Made by a program: the position numbers and the translations under genes. A stretch of DNA of 63,912 nucleotides, counting the filler, from Reclinomonas americana ATCC 50394 (Eukaryota): the NCBI GenBank assembly GCA_048213135.1. It is 17 parts of 17 records of this genome, joined end to end, with 100 filler letters (N's around TTAATTAATTAA, not from the genome) between each part and the next. Parts side by side here need not be neighbours in the genome. Positions count along the whole stretch, not along the records: positions 55,858 to 62,717 come from AFZH01023587.1; positions 62,818 to 63,912 come from AFZH01023640.1; 15 more parts are not named here. One strand, given 5' to 3'. This document shows positions 61,176 to 63,912 of this stretch, in pieces. The notes under the pieces were generated by a model. The model was not told the DNA's origin. It did no database searches and saw only the letters and a list, made by a program, of their open reading frames with translations. The first letter of the stretch is position 1, and each line of letters starts with the position of its first letter.

Positions 61176-62717
61176 ATGGGAAGACGCGGTGATGGGGAGG
61201 AAGGCACCGAGATGCGGCCAATGAGCGCACAGTCGGCGGCTGGGTGGCATGGACAGTGGGATGATGACGATGAGGATGAGGGAGCGGCAGCAGCACAACA
61301 GCAGCAGCAAGCACCGCCGCAGACACACGTTGCAGTGAGGGCACAAGAGGTGGCCGCTGATGACGCACTCGTTGCTCCTCCTGTTGTCTCGTTGCGTGTG
61401 GTCTCTCTTGTCTGTCTGGTTGTGTGCACACTCACACAACATGGTGCATTGATTGATTGATTGATGATGATGATAGACAAGTGTCGACGACCGAGCAACG
61501 ATTGCAGCGACAGCGCTACAAGTGGAAGACTGTCAAGACATATTCCATCTCTGTGGTCTCTGTGCTGATGCCGGTGCTCATGTGTCTGTTGCTGGTGCTG
61601 TGGGCCGTACGCACCTTCTTCTCCACGTTGCAAAAGTTCGGGCAGTCGAGGTGAGTTGCGGTCGTGCGAGGCCGCTCTTGCGTAGTGCTGGCTCAGGTGC
61701 GACTTGCGTGTAGTCTGGGACTGGTGTACACGGAGAGCTCGGATGATTCAGTGTCGACGCGACTGGGTGGCTCCCTGTTGAATGCCTTGGTGCTGGTCGG
61801 CATCATTTTGTTGGTCACGGTGTTGTTGGTGATTCTGTACAAGATGCGCTGCATGAAGGTTGCGTGTTGTGCGAGCAGGCGTGTCCTCAGGCCGTTGCCA
61901 GCTCTCATCTCTTGTTCGTCTTTGGCAGGTTATTTACGTGTGGTTGATTGGCTCGGCGATCCTCATGGTGTTCATGTTTGGATTCGCGTGGCTGTAGTTG
62001 CGTCCTCTATCAAGTTGCTGTATTCCTTCGCGACACAGAGTGCTCACGCTGGCGACGGCGGCAGCTTGTTCCTCCAATCGTACAATATTCGGTGCGACTG
62101 GCTTACCTTCAGTTTGGTTCTTTACAATTTTGCGGTGGTGCGTCTCTCTCTCTCTCGCACGCGCGCGCACAACCCCGCACCCCTCACGCTGCGTGCACAC
62201 GTAGGTCGGCTGCTTGACACTATTTTGGCACGGACCAGTGTTCATCAACCGCTGCTACACGGTGCTGCTGGGAGCCATGGTGGTTCGTCGTGCTCACCTT
62301 CTCCCCCTTCCCCCTCTCTCTCTTCCTGAGAACGCACTGTAGGGTTGGTGGCTGGTGCGCCTGCCCGAGTGGACAACATGGGTGTTCCTGGCGCTGGTCG
62401 CCATCTACGACCTGGTTGTCGTTCTCACACCGCGCGGACCGCTAAAGGTGCTGGTCGAAACGGCGCAGGAGCGCAACGAAACACTACCGGCACTGGTCTA
62501 CAAGGGTACGTGCATGCATCTCTCTGCATCTGTTTCCATCGCCTCGCACATCTGACAGAAGAGAGTGGGACGCAGGTGAAAAGGTGCATCTCGGTCTCGG
62601 CGACTTTATCTTCTACTCGGTGCTGGTGGGCAGGGCCTCCATCTTCGACTACGGAGTTGTTTTTGCGTGTGCCATTGCCGTCCTCATGGTAAGCGTGACA
62701 GACGCACTCGTTCTCCA
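61176..62717 (+). CDS. PSEN: Presenilin (gamma-secretase catalytic subunit), 3' truncated
   Basis: LYKMRC, LPEWTTW, catalytic YD (62406-62411), [15 protein letters not shown], catalytic [10 protein letters not shown] (Asp 62602-62604). Confidence 0.96.
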
Positions 62718-63047
62718 NNNNNNNNNNNNNNNNNNNNNNNNNNNNNNNNNNNNNNNNNNNNTTAATTAATTAANNNNNNNNNNNNNNNNNNNNNNNNNNN
62801 NNNNNNNNNNNNNNNNNGCCTCCCGTTGCACTTGTCTCCGGTCTGCATGAGCACGCACACGCACACATGCACACACACTGTGTACTGAACAGTGACCGCC
62901 ACGTGCAGTGCCCGATCGCGAAGGATTCGCCACCTGCGATGAACACAATCATCTCATGCGTCGAGTTGTGTTGATCTTGCTCGTCCCTCTCTCTCACACA
63001 CACACACGCACACACGTACATGGCTTTCCTCACTCACCGATCGCAGA

Positions 63048-63912
63048 GCCTGCTGGAGAACAATCCACACCTCGTGTATCGACTGTATGAGCACATGATT
63101 CGCACGAGAACGCGACCCGATGCCACCACATTGACAATGCTGCTGTGGGCGTGCACGCTGCAAGGCAAGTTCTGGGTGGCCTTGGACTACGTGCAGCAGA
63201 TGCTGGTGGCCGGCATCGCGCCCGACGTGGTCGGCTTCAACATGCTGCTCAACGTGTGCGAGGACAGCGGCAAGACGCACTTCTTGCCGCACACGCTGGA
63301 TCTCATGTGTGAACTGGGGGTGCCGCCCGACGTGCTGACCTACAACACGGTGTTTGCAAACTTGGCTCGCTCACGGTCGACTAGTGGTGGGCCGCGAATG
63401 GCGTCGTCGTTGTTGTCGTCGCCTACATCCATGACCTTGTCGGCGGCTGCGTCGTCGCCCTCGACTCTGTTCGTGTCGCCGTTTGCGGCCGGCTATGCAC
63501 CGTCGCCGAGTATGTCGGCGGAGGATCGAGCAGAGATGGCGTGGCAGATGCTGCGCCGCATGTCGGAAGATGAGCTGGCTCCGAATGCCACCACCATCGA
63601 GTTCCTGGTGGAGATTTACGCCGCCAGCGGTGATGTGGACCGAGTTGCGTGGTGGTGGTGGTGCATGCTGGTGGTGATGATGATGAGGTGGCAGGCTCAT
63701 CGCTGGAGAGCAGGGCTTGCAGGTGCTGCAGCTCGGGCACGAGTTGGGCATTCGGCCGCGGGTGGCATTGGTCCGACGCCTGATGGAGAGCTGTGTGGAA
63801 CGTGGAGACTTGTGTGCGGCTCTGGCGGCCATGCAGTGGGGCGAGCGCAATCGACTGCGAATGATCGGGCCGGCGTCGCTCGACACACTATCGCGACTCT
63901 GCTTGCGTCTCA
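63048..63912 (+). CDS. Pentatricopeptide-repeat (PPR) protein, internal fragment
   Basis: 35-residue repeats: LYEHMIRTRTRPDATTLTMLL, MLVAGIAPDVVGFNMLL, MCELGVPPDVLTYNTV, MSEDELAPNATTIEFLV. Absent from the ORF track. Confidence 0.9.

Noticed and set aside
57207..62717. Non-standard genetic code
   Set aside because: Conserved genes translate cleanly once introns are removed, and TAA, TAG and TGA all serve as terminal stops.

Overview
This window is not one continuous locus. It holds 17 contigs joined by 16 artificial 100-nt spacers (N44-TTAATTAATTAA-N44). Fourteen contigs come from an intron-rich, microsatellite-rich microbial eukaryote that uses the standard genetic code. Most of its introns are about 50-90 nt GT-AG with CTGAC/CTCAC branch sites, and a CFAP92-like gene suggests it is flagellated. 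Three GC-rich, intronless contigs (21980-23799, 41813-44308, 44409-46473) are alphaproteobacterial (Hyphomicrobiales-like) and carry DegQ, BLUF, Bug, a LacI plus sugar ABC system, AraC, SDR and a TIM-barrel protein. Eukaryotic genes reconstructed by hand include a repeat membrane protein, a SUEL lectin, a kelch protein, an intronless ankyrin-like ORF, a double-hotdog thioesterase, an H4-like histone fold with an acidic tail, a PH-domain protein, a degenerate adenylate kinase, a Crinkler-type P-loop NTPase, NTF2, an SMIM30-like microprotein, TM9SF, DUF455, presenilin and a PPR protein. The most unusual region is 34170-39141. A Crinkler-type NTPase gene is followed, across a spacer, by a helix-hairpin-helix terminal exon. 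That exon lies tail-to-tail with an apparently intron-containing CCHC/RLE retroelement fragment, and their 3' ends are homologous and structured. A recently duplicated 4-exon gene tail sits next to them. Other highlights are a presenilin lacking its large loop and 6-nt and 11-nt micro-exons. All family calls are from motif recognition by eye; no searches were run.
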